Source: an uncultured Rivularia sp.
Lineage (GTDB): Bacteria; Cyanobacteriota; Cyanobacteriia; Cyanobacteriales; Nostocaceae
Assembly (NCBI GenBank): GCA_963665115.1
Contig: OY762007.1
Span: forward strand, 5,696,001-5,760,000
Reading direction: 5' to 3'
DNA: 64,000 nt
Shown here: positions 55,904 through 64,000 of the stretch, in pieces
Layout of the letters: the number at the start of each line of letters is the position of its first letter
Numbering within the stretch: the stretch's first letter is position 1
Position numbers and translations under genes: made by a program
The notes under the pieces: model-generated
What the model was told of the DNA's origin: nothing
The model's input: only the letters and a program-made list of their open reading frames with translations
Databases searched by the model: none

Positions 55904-56578
55904 TTAAACCGCTGCTTCCGATTCTTCAACCTTAGCCTTCAACTTTTCTGGATCTACAGATTCCAATTCTCCATGATTGAGAGTCCAGCAATTATCAGCA
56001 ATCGGTAACAAATCTCCCGCATCGTGAGTAACTACCAACAAAGTCCAATGTTCTTTTAATTTTGCTAATAAATTTACCAACTGACGACGCATTGACCAAT
56101 CTAAACCTGCTGTCGGCTCGTCTAATAATAATAGATTTGGCTGACGAATTAGCTGCACTGCTAAAGCCAAACGTCTTTGCTGTCCGCCACTTAAAGCGTG
56201 AGGTGGGGTTGAAAAAGATAAATGTTCTAAACCGACTTCGCTTAATGCGTTTCTAGCTCGCTCTATCCCTAACTCTGGGTGTCCCAAACGCAATTCTTCT
56301 AAAATGGTACCCCCGCAAAAATGACGCTCTGGGAATTGAAACACCAAACCAGCTAATTGCTGAATTTCTTCGGCTAATAATTCTTGTTCTCGCCAAAATA
56401 GCGAGCCAGATGTCGGTGCTGCCAGTCCAGACAATATTTCCAGCAGTGTACTTTTTCCAGAACCGCTTGGCCCGATAATTAGACCTAATTTTTGGGGAGC
56501 TAAATCTAAATTAATTGATTTGAGAATTGCATTCTGGGTAGCAGTAGGATGATAATTTAAATTTCTGAGATAAAGCAT
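55904..56578 (-). CDS. ABC ATP-binding protein (EcfA/CbiO-like)
   Basis: GPSGSGKS, VFQFPE, LSGGQQRR, DEPTAGLD. Confidence 0.92.
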   Translation of the reverse strand: MLYLRNLNYHPTATQNAILKSINLDLAPQKLGLIIGPSGSGKSTLLEILSGLAAPTSGSLFWREQELLAEEIQQLAGLVFQFPERHFCGGTILEELRLGHPELGIERARNALSEVGLEHLSFSTPPHALSGGQQRRLALAVQLIRQPNLLLLDEPTAGLDWSMRRQLVNLLAKLKEHWTLLVVTHDAGDLLPIADNCWTLNHGELESVDPEKLKAKVEESEAAV

Positions 56579-56866
56579 TGGTTAAGATTAAAAATTAGCC
56601 ATTCATTAATTAACTACACACTTAGCTACAGAGCTTCGTTCCGAAAAAACCTCAAATCACAATATAAAATTTCCGTCTTAACTTATTGTGGCAGACTGAC
56701 CCCTCTTAAGATTAATCATAAAAAAACCTGGGAACCGTCTCAAATCTACCCAGTCAAACTATTTATAAAATTTTTGCGTAAATCTACACGAGTTATAAGT
56801 AAACTATTTACGTAATTATAAGTAAGATATTAAACCCATTCAACAGTAATAATTCTGAGTTTTCAA

Positions 56867-57796
56867 ATGACTAAAAATTTTTCTGTACAAACTGCAACTA
56901 CCTCCAAAAAAATTGTACATTTTGCTAAAGCTGTTTTTACAACTTTAATAGTACTCAATCTAGGAATAAATTCTTCAATCGCCGCCGACCCTTTTCCCCG
57001 CAGTCAACCGCGTGATATCGGCGATAATACCGAAGCCGCATTTAAAGCAGTATTCGAGCAAGGTAACTATCAAGCCGGACAAAAGCATCTGCAACAGGCA
57101 ATATCAACTGAGCCGAATGAACCCTTAGCTTATGCCATGCAGGCATCATTAGCTTATACAAATCAAGATACAGCTACATTAGAATCTTACAGCGCAAAAA
57201 CTTTAGATATAGCTAAAAAATTAATTCCCTCCGATCCATTGCGTGGTAATTTATACGCTGCGGTAGGTCATTTTTTAGAAGGAGCAGTAATCCTGACTCG
57301 CGAAGGTACGGTTGGCGGTGTCCCAAAAGCACTAAGTCGTCTGCGAGAAGTTTACAAGCATTTAGACAAAGCCGAAGCCATTTCTCCTAAAGATCCAGAA
57401 CTCAATTTAATCAAGGGTTACATGGATTTAATGCTTGCTGTAAATTTACCCTTCGCCAATCCCCAACAAGCAATTCAAAGATTGGAAGAAAATGCAGGAC
57501 CTCAGTATTTAGTGGATAGAGGTATAGCCATAGCCTACCGAGACTTAAAAAACTATCCCAAAGCCCTAGAATACGCAAACCGCGCCTTAAAAATAACACC
57601 CGAGAATCCAGAACTGTACTATCTCAAAGCACAAATCCTCCGAGAACAAGCCAGAAAACAAAAAAACCCTCAAATGATCCAACAAGCGCTTACTAATTTT
57701 GACCAAGCACTAGCGAAAAAATCTCAATTACCTGCCGGTATAGTAAAACAAATAGAACGCGAACGTCGAAATGCAGCGCAAAGCTTAAAAAATTAG
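56867..57796 (+). CDS. Secreted TPR protein (Sll0314/Alr1548-like)
   Basis: Signal peptide, DPF, DPLRGNLY, DPELNLIKGYMDL. Confidence 0.8.
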   Translation: MTKNFSVQTATTSKKIVHFAKAVFTTLIVLNLGINSSIAADPFPRSQPRDIGDNTEAAFKAVFEQGNYQAGQKHLQQAISTEPNEPLAYAMQASLAYTNQDTATLESYSAKTLDIAKKLIPSDPLRGNLYAAVGHFLEGAVILTREGTVGGVPKALSRLREVYKHLDKAEAISPKDPELNLIKGYMDLMLAVNLPFANPQQAIQRLEENAGPQYLVDRGIAIAYRDLKNYPKALEYANRALKITPENPELYYLKAQILREQARKQKNPQMIQQALTNFDQALAKKSQLPAGIVKQIERERRNAAQSLKN

Positions 57797-57931
57797 GAGT
57801 AGGGAGTAGGAAGTTAGGAGTTAAGTAGTTTTTATTTCTCCTTGTCGCCTTGTCCCCCCTCTCCCCCTCCCTCCACCTCGCGAGTTCTTCTACAATAACT
57901 TTGGGTAAAAGTAATCTGGATATTCCAATAG

Positions 57932-58385
57932 ATGAAAATAGAATTCCGCGAGATTAATCCTTTTGATGTCTGGATTTGGCTGAGGTTTAGTACTGTTCCT
58001 TCCGAACGTGAAAAGCAGTTTGTAGAAGAACTTTTTGATTCCTGGTTTTATTTAGGTAAATTAGGCGCTTTTAATGCCGAAAATCTTCAAGTGCAGGAAA
58101 CTGGACTTGATATTAGCTATTTACATTACGACCAAGATGGTTATCAAAATAGCTTGTTAGCCTTAATGCATAATATGGGCGAATTTGAGTACAACGGAGA
58201 TTGGGGAAGATGCTGGTTTGACTTAGGAACTTCCGATGCGATCGCACTCGATCTACTCATCAACGCTCTGACTCAATTAGGTCAAGAATACGTCACCATC
58301 GATGAAGTATGTATTGGTGGCGAAAATACGGATTGGGCCCATTGAAGATAGCGATAGTCGTCCTTCGTATATTTACGATAATTAG
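57932..58385 (+). CDS. DUF3531 family protein, +1 frameshift at GGG 58335-58337 near the C-terminus
   Basis: SWFYLGKLGAFNAEN, WFDLGTSD; corrected end DWPIEDSDSRPSYIYDN. Confidence 0.82.
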
Positions 58386-58394
58386 GAAAAATAA

Positions 58395-58829
58395 ATGTAT
58401 AAAGAAGGTAAAATCCGCGTTCTTGCCTTGGGAATAATTCGAGATCAAAACAATCGCATTTTTCTTTCCGAAGGTTACGATCCAGTCAAGAAAGACAAAT
58501 TCTATCGTGCAATGGGCGGCGGCGTTGAATTCGGCGAAACCAGTAAAGAAGCCCTCCAACGCGAATTTCAAGAAGAAATTCAAGCAGAAATCACCAACAT
58601 TCGTTATTTAGCTTGTTTAGAAAACATCTTTACCTTCCAAGGAAAACCAGGCCACGAAATTATTCAACTTTACGAATGCGACTTCGTACATCCCAAATTT
58701 TACGAGCAGGAAACAATTGCATTCAACGAAGGCGAACGACAGAAAACTGCACTTTGGATAGACATTGAAACTTTAAAATCTGGCAGCGTTAGGTTAGTTC
58801 CCGAAGGGTTTGCGGAGTATCTGGGATAG
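58395..58829 (+). CDS. NUDIX hydrolase
   Basis: GGGVEFGETSKEALQREFQEE. Confidence 0.92.
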   Translation: MYKEGKIRVLALGIIRDQNNRIFLSEGYDPVKKDKFYRAMGGGVEFGETSKEALQREFQEEIQAEITNIRYLACLENIFTFQGKPGHEIIQLYECDFVHPKFYEQETIAFNEGERQKTALWIDIETLKSGSVRLVPEGFAEYLG

Positions 58830-59103
58830 AGAGGTGTAGAGGGGTAGAGGAGGAGACAAGGGGACAAGGGGGAAGTTAGGAGTTAGGAATTAGGAATTAG
58901 GAGTTAAGAGTTATAAAAGCATTTATTTGTAGTGGGAGCATCTTGCTCCCTCGTTGTTTACCAATGCCCAATTACCAATTACCAATGCCCAATTACCAAT
59001 TACCAATGCCCAATTACCAATTACCAATACCCAATTACCAATTACCAATTACCAATTACCAATTACCCAACAACTATCAACTAACAACTAACAACTAACA
59101 ACT
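58830..59103. repeat. Long STRR tract with an embedded REP
   Basis: (CCAATTA/CCAATGC)n, (AGGAATT)n, (CAACTAA)n; GTAGTGGGAGCATCTTGCTCCC. Confidence 0.9.
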
Positions 59104-59647
59104 AACCACTAACTTCTAATGCAGTTAAAATTGTCCAACCATCAACTAAAAACATTAAGAATGTAAAAGTTAGCAAAATTAAATACATCCACGGTTGAGA
59201 TAATGGGTAAACATCCGTAGTATCTATACCAGTTTTTTCCTGTACAATTTTCACCAAACGATTAAATCCCGCTACTCGCATCGGCAGCAAATAGCCTTTC
59301 TTATCCTTGCTGACAAAATAATAGACAATGCCACCTTGCCCGGTAGTTCGCGGTTTTAAATCTTCTACATCCTCCCAAGCCAAAAACCAACCTTTACGAA
59401 AAAACTTTGGTACTAAGGGAGGATAAACAACTTGAATACCTCGATCGTTTAAAATTACTCGTTCCGTTAAAACGGCGTATAAAATCACAAAACCAATACT
59501 GATACCTACCCAAAGTAATGCAGGTGGTACGGTTGCATCTGTGAAATCAGCGAGAAAAGGTAACGGTAAAGTTAGCGCTAAGTACAAACTTAAAAGCGTA
59601 ATCCTAATTAAAGGAGATAGCCGAAAAATAGTAGAATCCATAATCAA
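59102..59647 (-). CDS. Conserved hypothetical membrane protein
   Basis: FRLSPLIR, TTGQGGIVYY, three TM segments. Confidence 0.8.
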   Translation of the reverse strand: MIMDSTIFRLSPLIRITLLSLYLALTLPLPFLADFTDATVPPALLWVGISIGFVILYAVLTERVILNDRGIQVVYPPLVPKFFRKGWFLAWEDVEDLKPRTTGQGGIVYYFVSKDKKGYLLPMRVAGFNRLVKIVQEKTGIDTTDVYPLSQPWMYLILLTFTFLMFLVDGWTILTALEVSG

Positions 59648-59907
59648 TTAACAATTATCAACGAACAGTTTTCACCTGGAGGGTGTGGATCATCAATTAT
59701 CAATTATCAATTATCAGTTAAAAATTTGGCGTATCCTAACCACTGTAAAAAAACGGATTTCTTCTTGTAAAAGCATAATTGTTTCGTTTCGACTGGCAAG
59801 AAATCCGGTTCCTCGTCAAGGTGCAAAATATGAATATATTCCTTGGATGGCTCAAAAAAATCTTAGTTAACAGTTTTAAATACTGATAACTGATAACTGA
59901 TTATTGA

Positions 59908-60369
59908 TTAAGGTAAATACTTTTGCACCACAGTCCAACCACTCAGCGAAACCCAGGCAAATACAAGAAATAAAACAATATTCGTACTAACGTGAATGCG
60001 TCTAGCCCAAACCCAGCCAGGACGAATCGCGATCGCACTTCCAGCAGATATTAAAACTAATACCACCGTAATTAATCCAGCACCCAAGTGTTGTGAATGT
60101 CCTAAAGAACCATATTCACCTAAAGTACCGACAATACCAATAGCGAGTAGCAGTATCACTAAAGCAACCATAGTGATACCCATTACATAGTGGAGTATGC
60201 GTAGTCCGCCGTAACCTCCCGGCAACATCGCCGCGAAGCTAGGATTTCCGGATGCTCTAGTACGAAACATCCAAACACCCGTTACCGCTAATAGAAAATA
60301 AGCAAGTAACGACAATCCCATCGACCAAGCAGCGATTTTCCACAACCAAATAAATGAAGGTAAATCCAT
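59908..60369 (-). CDS. DUF4079 (cytochrome b561-like) membrane protein
   Basis: LPSFIWLWKIAAWSMG, spaced His in four TM helices. Confidence 0.8.
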   Translation of the reverse strand: MDLPSFIWLWKIAAWSMGLSLLAYFLLAVTGVWMFRTRASGNPSFAAMLPGGYGGLRILHYVMGITMVALVILLLAIGIVGTLGEYGSLGHSQHLGAGLITVVLVLISAGSAIAIRPGWVWARRIHVSTNIVLFLVFAWVSLSGWTVVQKYLP

Positions 60370-60761
60370 AAGAACTTTTCGGTAGTTTGGGAACTCAGTC
60401 TTTTTAAAGCTGAGGGGAAAAACGCCACGTGCGGTTTTAACCGCCGTGGGCTTTGTATTTTTGAGAAGTGATAATCAAGCCAGTTGAGCGTCGAACTAAC
60501 TCCATCTTCTTTGTTGAAAAACGCCCTAAACGTTTCCAATCACAATTAGAAACAGATACTTGAGTTTTAGTATCGCCGCTTACCCATCCGTAGTAAGTTG
60601 AATCAATGCGAGTAACTTTCACATAATCTCCTTTACGATATCTGTGCTGCGTAACAGTGCCACCATATGTTCAAACGGGCTTTACCCCTCCTGTGAGCTA
60701 GTCACTACTACGTAAGCTTTGCCTCTTACAAGCTCAATCCCTTTAGGGTTGAGTCAGTGAC
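60370..60761 (-). mobile_element. Internally deleted IS200/IS605 OMEGA (RRXRR, IsrB/IscB-type) element
   Basis: Left end GTCA-hairpin CTCAACCCTAAAGGGATTGAG-CTTG...GACTAGC; remnant YGGTVTQHRYRKGDYV...YGWVSGDT...WKRLG...RRSTGLI. Confidence 0.75.
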
Positions 60762-60925
60762 ATTTAGGATTGTAGATGGAAGTGGGACATATGGGGAGAT
60801 TGGGGGATGGGGAAACAAGGAGACAATTATTAACTCCTCACTCCTAACTATTTGCATATTGCCAATTACCAATTCCCAATTACCTATTACTCAATGCCCA
60901 ATCCCCAATCCCCAACTCCTCATTA

Positions 60926-60952
60926 AAAAGGGGTTGCTAGCGGTAGCAACCC
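60926..60952 (-). terminator. Rho-independent terminator of the DUF1830 gene
   Basis: GGGTTGCTACCGCTAGCAACCC followed by CTTTT on the minus strand. Confidence 0.7.
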
Positions 60953-61006
60953 AAAAATAGAGAAAAAAATTTTGAATCAATAGAGGCTTTAAAGACTTTG
61001 AAGGCT

Positions 61007-61390
61007 TTAGCCAACGATTATTAATGGTTTTGTGTTATCTCCGTTTTTTGAATTAATTGAGGACGCAAGAGGATTTTCATCTCCTGAACCACCATTCCGA
61101 TTATCTGAATCTGTTTTTAAATCTGAAATATTTGCTTCGTTAATTGCAAGGCGATCGCACGGAATTGTATCCGATAGAATTGCGCTTGCCATCATCCCCG
61201 TATGAATCTCTAATTGAGCTTCATCGGGTGCTTCAAAAACTAGTCTTTGTCCGGGAAAAACAACCCTTTCAAAGTACCAATTAGCGATGTTGGAGATGCG
61301 AGCCACCTGTATCTTACTCGTGGCATTAACGTAGCAGCACAGAGATTTCCCTGATTGCTCAGGAGGTAAGGGATCTAGTATTTGAGCCAT
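61007..61390 (-). CDS. DUF1830 domain protein
   Basis: CCYVNATSKIQVARI, YFERVVFPGQRLVFEAP. Confidence 0.85.
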   Translation of the reverse strand: MAQILDPLPPEQSGKSLCCYVNATSKIQVARISNIANWYFERVVFPGQRLVFEAPDEAQLEIHTGMMASAILSDTIPCDRLAINEANISDLKTDSDNRNGGSGDENPLASSINSKNGDNTKPLIIVG

Positions 61391-61435
61391 AACTGAGCAT
61401 GGAGCTTGTCGCCACAATTGTATCTTACATTTACA

Positions 61436-61478
61436 AAATTAGCACTGTGCGATCCCCGCCTGCTGTAACTCTCAATAC
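61436..61478 (-). promoter_or_regulatory. Putative NtcA-activated promoter
   Basis: Minus strand GTATTGAGAGTTAC-N23-TAATTT. Confidence 0.6.
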
Positions 61479-61975
61479 CAACTGGGTATTTGTATGCTAT
61501 TTCTACCTTAAGATATATCCCAGATATGAAATTTTTGTAAAAATCTATGCTTTTTTTGCCATCATATATTAAGCAATAATCATTACTATTATTTTTATAA
61601 AATTCATAGAATTAAGTAATGCATTTTGATAATTACTTAGCGACATTGGAAGGAAAGAAATTACCTGCTTTAAAATTTTTAGAAAGTCAGATAAGTATCT
61701 GGAAAAAATTCAAGTAAGAAAAGATGCAAAGAAAAAAGGTAGTAACCAACGCCGCAAGCTTGCGAAAAGATTAAGTCGCGAGCATCTTTCATATTGCCAG
61801 AGCCAGGAAAGACCTTCGGGGAGGTGTCTGGTAGTTCACGTTTTCAATCTCCAAACTATAAATTTTAATTTACTAGGACGTAGCTCTCCCCCCCCCCCTC
61901 TCCTCCCCACCTTGCTTGCAAAAGTGTGGGAGTATGTCAAAGTATGAGTGCAATAGTATAGTTACGGTACTCCGC

Positions 61976-62890
61976 ATGGCACTGGATATTTCCTATTTGC
62001 CCTTGGCGTTTATGTTTACTTCTCCGGGTCCGATTCTAGTAAAATTAGGACCATTAACTATCCGCTGGTATGGCTTATTGATTGCCTCAGCAGTATTAAT
62101 TGGTGTTACGCTTTCCCAGTATTTGGCGAAGCGTCGTAATGTCAATCCCGATTTAATTAGCGATCTATCGATTTGGCTGGTAATTGGCGCAATTCCAGCA
62201 GCCAGAATATATTACGTTTTATTTCAATGGCAGGAATATTCTCGACGGCCTGGGGATATTATCGCTATTTGGAAGGGTGGTATTGCTATTCATGGAGCGA
62301 TTATCGGCGGTTTAATAGTCGCTATAATCTTTGCCAAATTAAAAAAAGTTTCATTTTGGCAGTTAGCAGACTTAGTGGCTCCTTCACTGATTTTAGGGCA
62401 AGCCATTGGACGCTGGGGAAATTTCTTTAACTCGGAAGCCTTTGGAAAGCCGACTAATTTACCTTGGAAGCTTTATATTCCTCGTGAAATTACGCTTATT
62501 GATGGCTCAAAAATTTACCCCCGCCCGCCGCAATTCATAGATGAAAGTTTCTTTCATCCGACATTCCTTTACGAATCATTGTGGAATGTCATGATATTCA
62601 GCTTGCTGATGATATTATTCTTTCGAGCCTTACAGGGAAAGCTTTCCTTGAAAACAGGTACGATATTCCTGGTTTATCTTGTAGGTTACAGCTTAGGACG
62701 CTTTTGGATTGAAGGATTGCGTTTAGATAGCTTAATGCTCGGTTCAAATTTGAGAATCGCTCAAGTAATAAGCTTACTAGAAATAGCCATCGGATTAGCT
62801 GGCTTATGGTGGCTATATATCAGAAAACGCCCCCTACCAGATGTCGTTTCTACCCAGAGTGAAGAGAAAGTAAGGGAGATGAGGAGGTAG
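61976..62890 (+). CDS. lgt: Prolipoprotein diacylglyceryl transferase
   Basis: [30 protein letters not shown]. Confidence 0.97.
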   Translation: MALDISYLPLAFMFTSPGPILVKLGPLTIRWYGLLIASAVLIGVTLSQYLAKRRNVNPDLISDLSIWLVIGAIPAARIYYVLFQWQEYSRRPGDIIAIWKGGIAIHGAIIGGLIVAIIFAKLKKVSFWQLADLVAPSLILGQAIGRWGNFFNSEAFGKPTNLPWKLYIPREITLIDGSKIYPRPPQFIDESFFHPTFLYESLWNVMIFSLLMILFFRALQGKLSLKTGTIFLVYLVGYSLGRFWIEGLRLDSLMLGSNLRIAQVISLLEIAIGLAGLWWLYIRKRPLPDVVSTQSEEKVREMRR

Positions 62891-63041
62891 GGGATGGGGA
62901 GATTATTGGGAGATGGGGAGATTTGGAGATGGGGAGACAAGGGGACAAGGGGAAGAATAATTAACTATTAACTATTTACAATGCCCCATGCCCAATGCCC
63001 CATGCCCAATTACCAATTACCAATTACCAATTACCAAAAAT

Positions 63042-63091
63042 AAAAAATGCCCCAGAGTTTTCTCTAGGGCTTAACCAGGGTGCATCTACCA
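63042..63091 (-). ncRNA. nsiR1: NsiR1-like heterocyst sRNA (single copy)
   Basis: TGGTAGATGCACCCTG 5' motif, GCCCTAGAG-AAAA-CTCTGGGGC hairpin plus T run. Confidence 0.8.
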
Positions 63092-63119
63092 ATTAATATT
63101 TCTATATATAGGGGTTGAA

Positions 63120-63125
63120 TCCGGA
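63120..63125 (-). promoter_or_regulatory. DIF1 motif TCCGGA near -35 of the NsiR1-like RNA
   Basis: TCCGGA lies 30-35 nt upstream of the conserved 5' motif. Confidence 0.75.
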
Positions 63126-63182
63126 AAGATACCGTGATATTTCCCAAAAAGTTTTTCAAGAGGAAGCACCGTCTGTTTGTTT

Positions 63183-63989
63183 ATGCGTGAAAATACTAGT
63201 ATCTTGTGTGAAGAAAAATCGAATCTTAAGCTAAAGCCAGCAGTTTATATTGTAGGTGCTGGTCCCGGCGACCCAGATTTATTAACGATTAGAGCGCAAA
63301 AGCTACTAGAGAGAGCCGATGTAGTTTTATTTGCAGACTCTTTAGTCCCTCAAGAAATCTTAGAATTTTGTCGGGAAGATGCCCAAATCATTCGCACGGC
63401 TTCTAAAACCCTCGAAGAAATTGTGCCGATGATGGTAGATATTGTCAGGAATGATAAATCGGTTGTGCGTTTGCATTCGGGAGATCCAAGTCTTTACAGC
63501 GCCATCCACGAACAAATGCAGCAACTGGCACAAGCCGAGATTCCTTTTGAAGTAATTCCGGGTATCAGCGCCTTTCAAGCCGCCGCAGCAAAATTAAATG
63601 TAGAGCTTACAGTGCCGGGTTTAGTGCAAACCATCATCCTTACCCGCATCAGTGGACGCACTCAAGTACCGCCAAAAGAAGAATTAGCCTCATTAGCAGC
63701 ACATCAAGCTAGTCTTTGCCTGTATTTGAGCGCTCGCCACGTCGAAGATTCCCAAGCAAAACTTTTAGAACATTATCCACCCGAAACCCCAGTAGCAATA
63801 TGCTTTCGAGTTGGCTGGCACGACGAAAAAATTCTCGTAGTTCCTCTTAACGAGATAGCAGAATGCACCCACAAAGAAAAACTGATTCGCACCACACTTT
63901 ATATGATTAGTCCCGCACTTGGTGGATCTTCAGCGCGATCGCGATTGTATCATCCAGAGCATTCGCATTTGTTCCGTCCGAAGGGATGA
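63183..63989 (+). CDS. cobM: Precorrin-4 C11-methyltransferase
   Basis: VGAGPGDPDLLT, RLHSGDPSLY, ELTVPGLVQTIILTR, SRLYHP. Confidence 0.95.
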   Translation: MRENTSILCEEKSNLKLKPAVYIVGAGPGDPDLLTIRAQKLLERADVVLFADSLVPQEILEFCREDAQIIRTASKTLEEIVPMMVDIVRNDKSVVRLHSGDPSLYSAIHEQMQQLAQAEIPFEVIPGISAFQAAAAKLNVELTVPGLVQTIILTRISGRTQVPPKEELASLAAHQASLCLYLSARHVEDSQAKLLEHYPPETPVAICFRVGWHDEKILVVPLNEIAECTHKEKLIRTTLYMISPALGGSSARSRLYHPEHSHLFRPKG

Positions 63990-64000
63990 GGAGATGGGGA

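Noticed and set aside
58960..59103. CRISPR array
   Set aside because: Heptamer tandem repeats without unique spacers; no cas genes
61619..61717. 32-aa ORF upstream of lgt
   Set aside because: No RBS or recognisable motif
62890..63183. Cobalamin riboswitch before cobM
   Set aside because: No B12-box visible; region explained by STRR and the NsiR1-like RNA

Overview
AT-rich chromosomal window from a heterocyst-forming cyanobacterium (inferred from roughly two dozen HIP1 GCGATCGC octamers, heptamer STRR arrays, devBCA next to pcyA, and an NsiR1-like sRNA with a DIF1 promoter). Housekeeping genes (topA, wecB, glgA, hemC, ilvD, pcyA, devBCA, lgt, cobM) are interspersed with signalling genes, a small sugar-modification operon, a toxin-antitoxin/nuclease islet and many nested REP/MITE/SDR-type repeats. 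Five genes are split at short homopolymers, probably assembly errors. Most interesting: (1) an AetD-like heme-oxygenase-like diiron enzyme directly upstream of a Ser/Thr-AAA-GAF-His multi-kinase, a possible signal-synthase/receptor pair; (2) a Zur/Fur-boxed divergon of a CooC-like ATPase and a metal-binding lipoprotein that has lost His ligands; (3) a 17-nt insert in a HIP1 site that breaks an HNH gene; (4) an internally deleted IsrB/IscB-type element ending at a start codon; (5) a solitary NsiR1-like sRNA. All family assignments come from motif recognition by eye; no searches were run.
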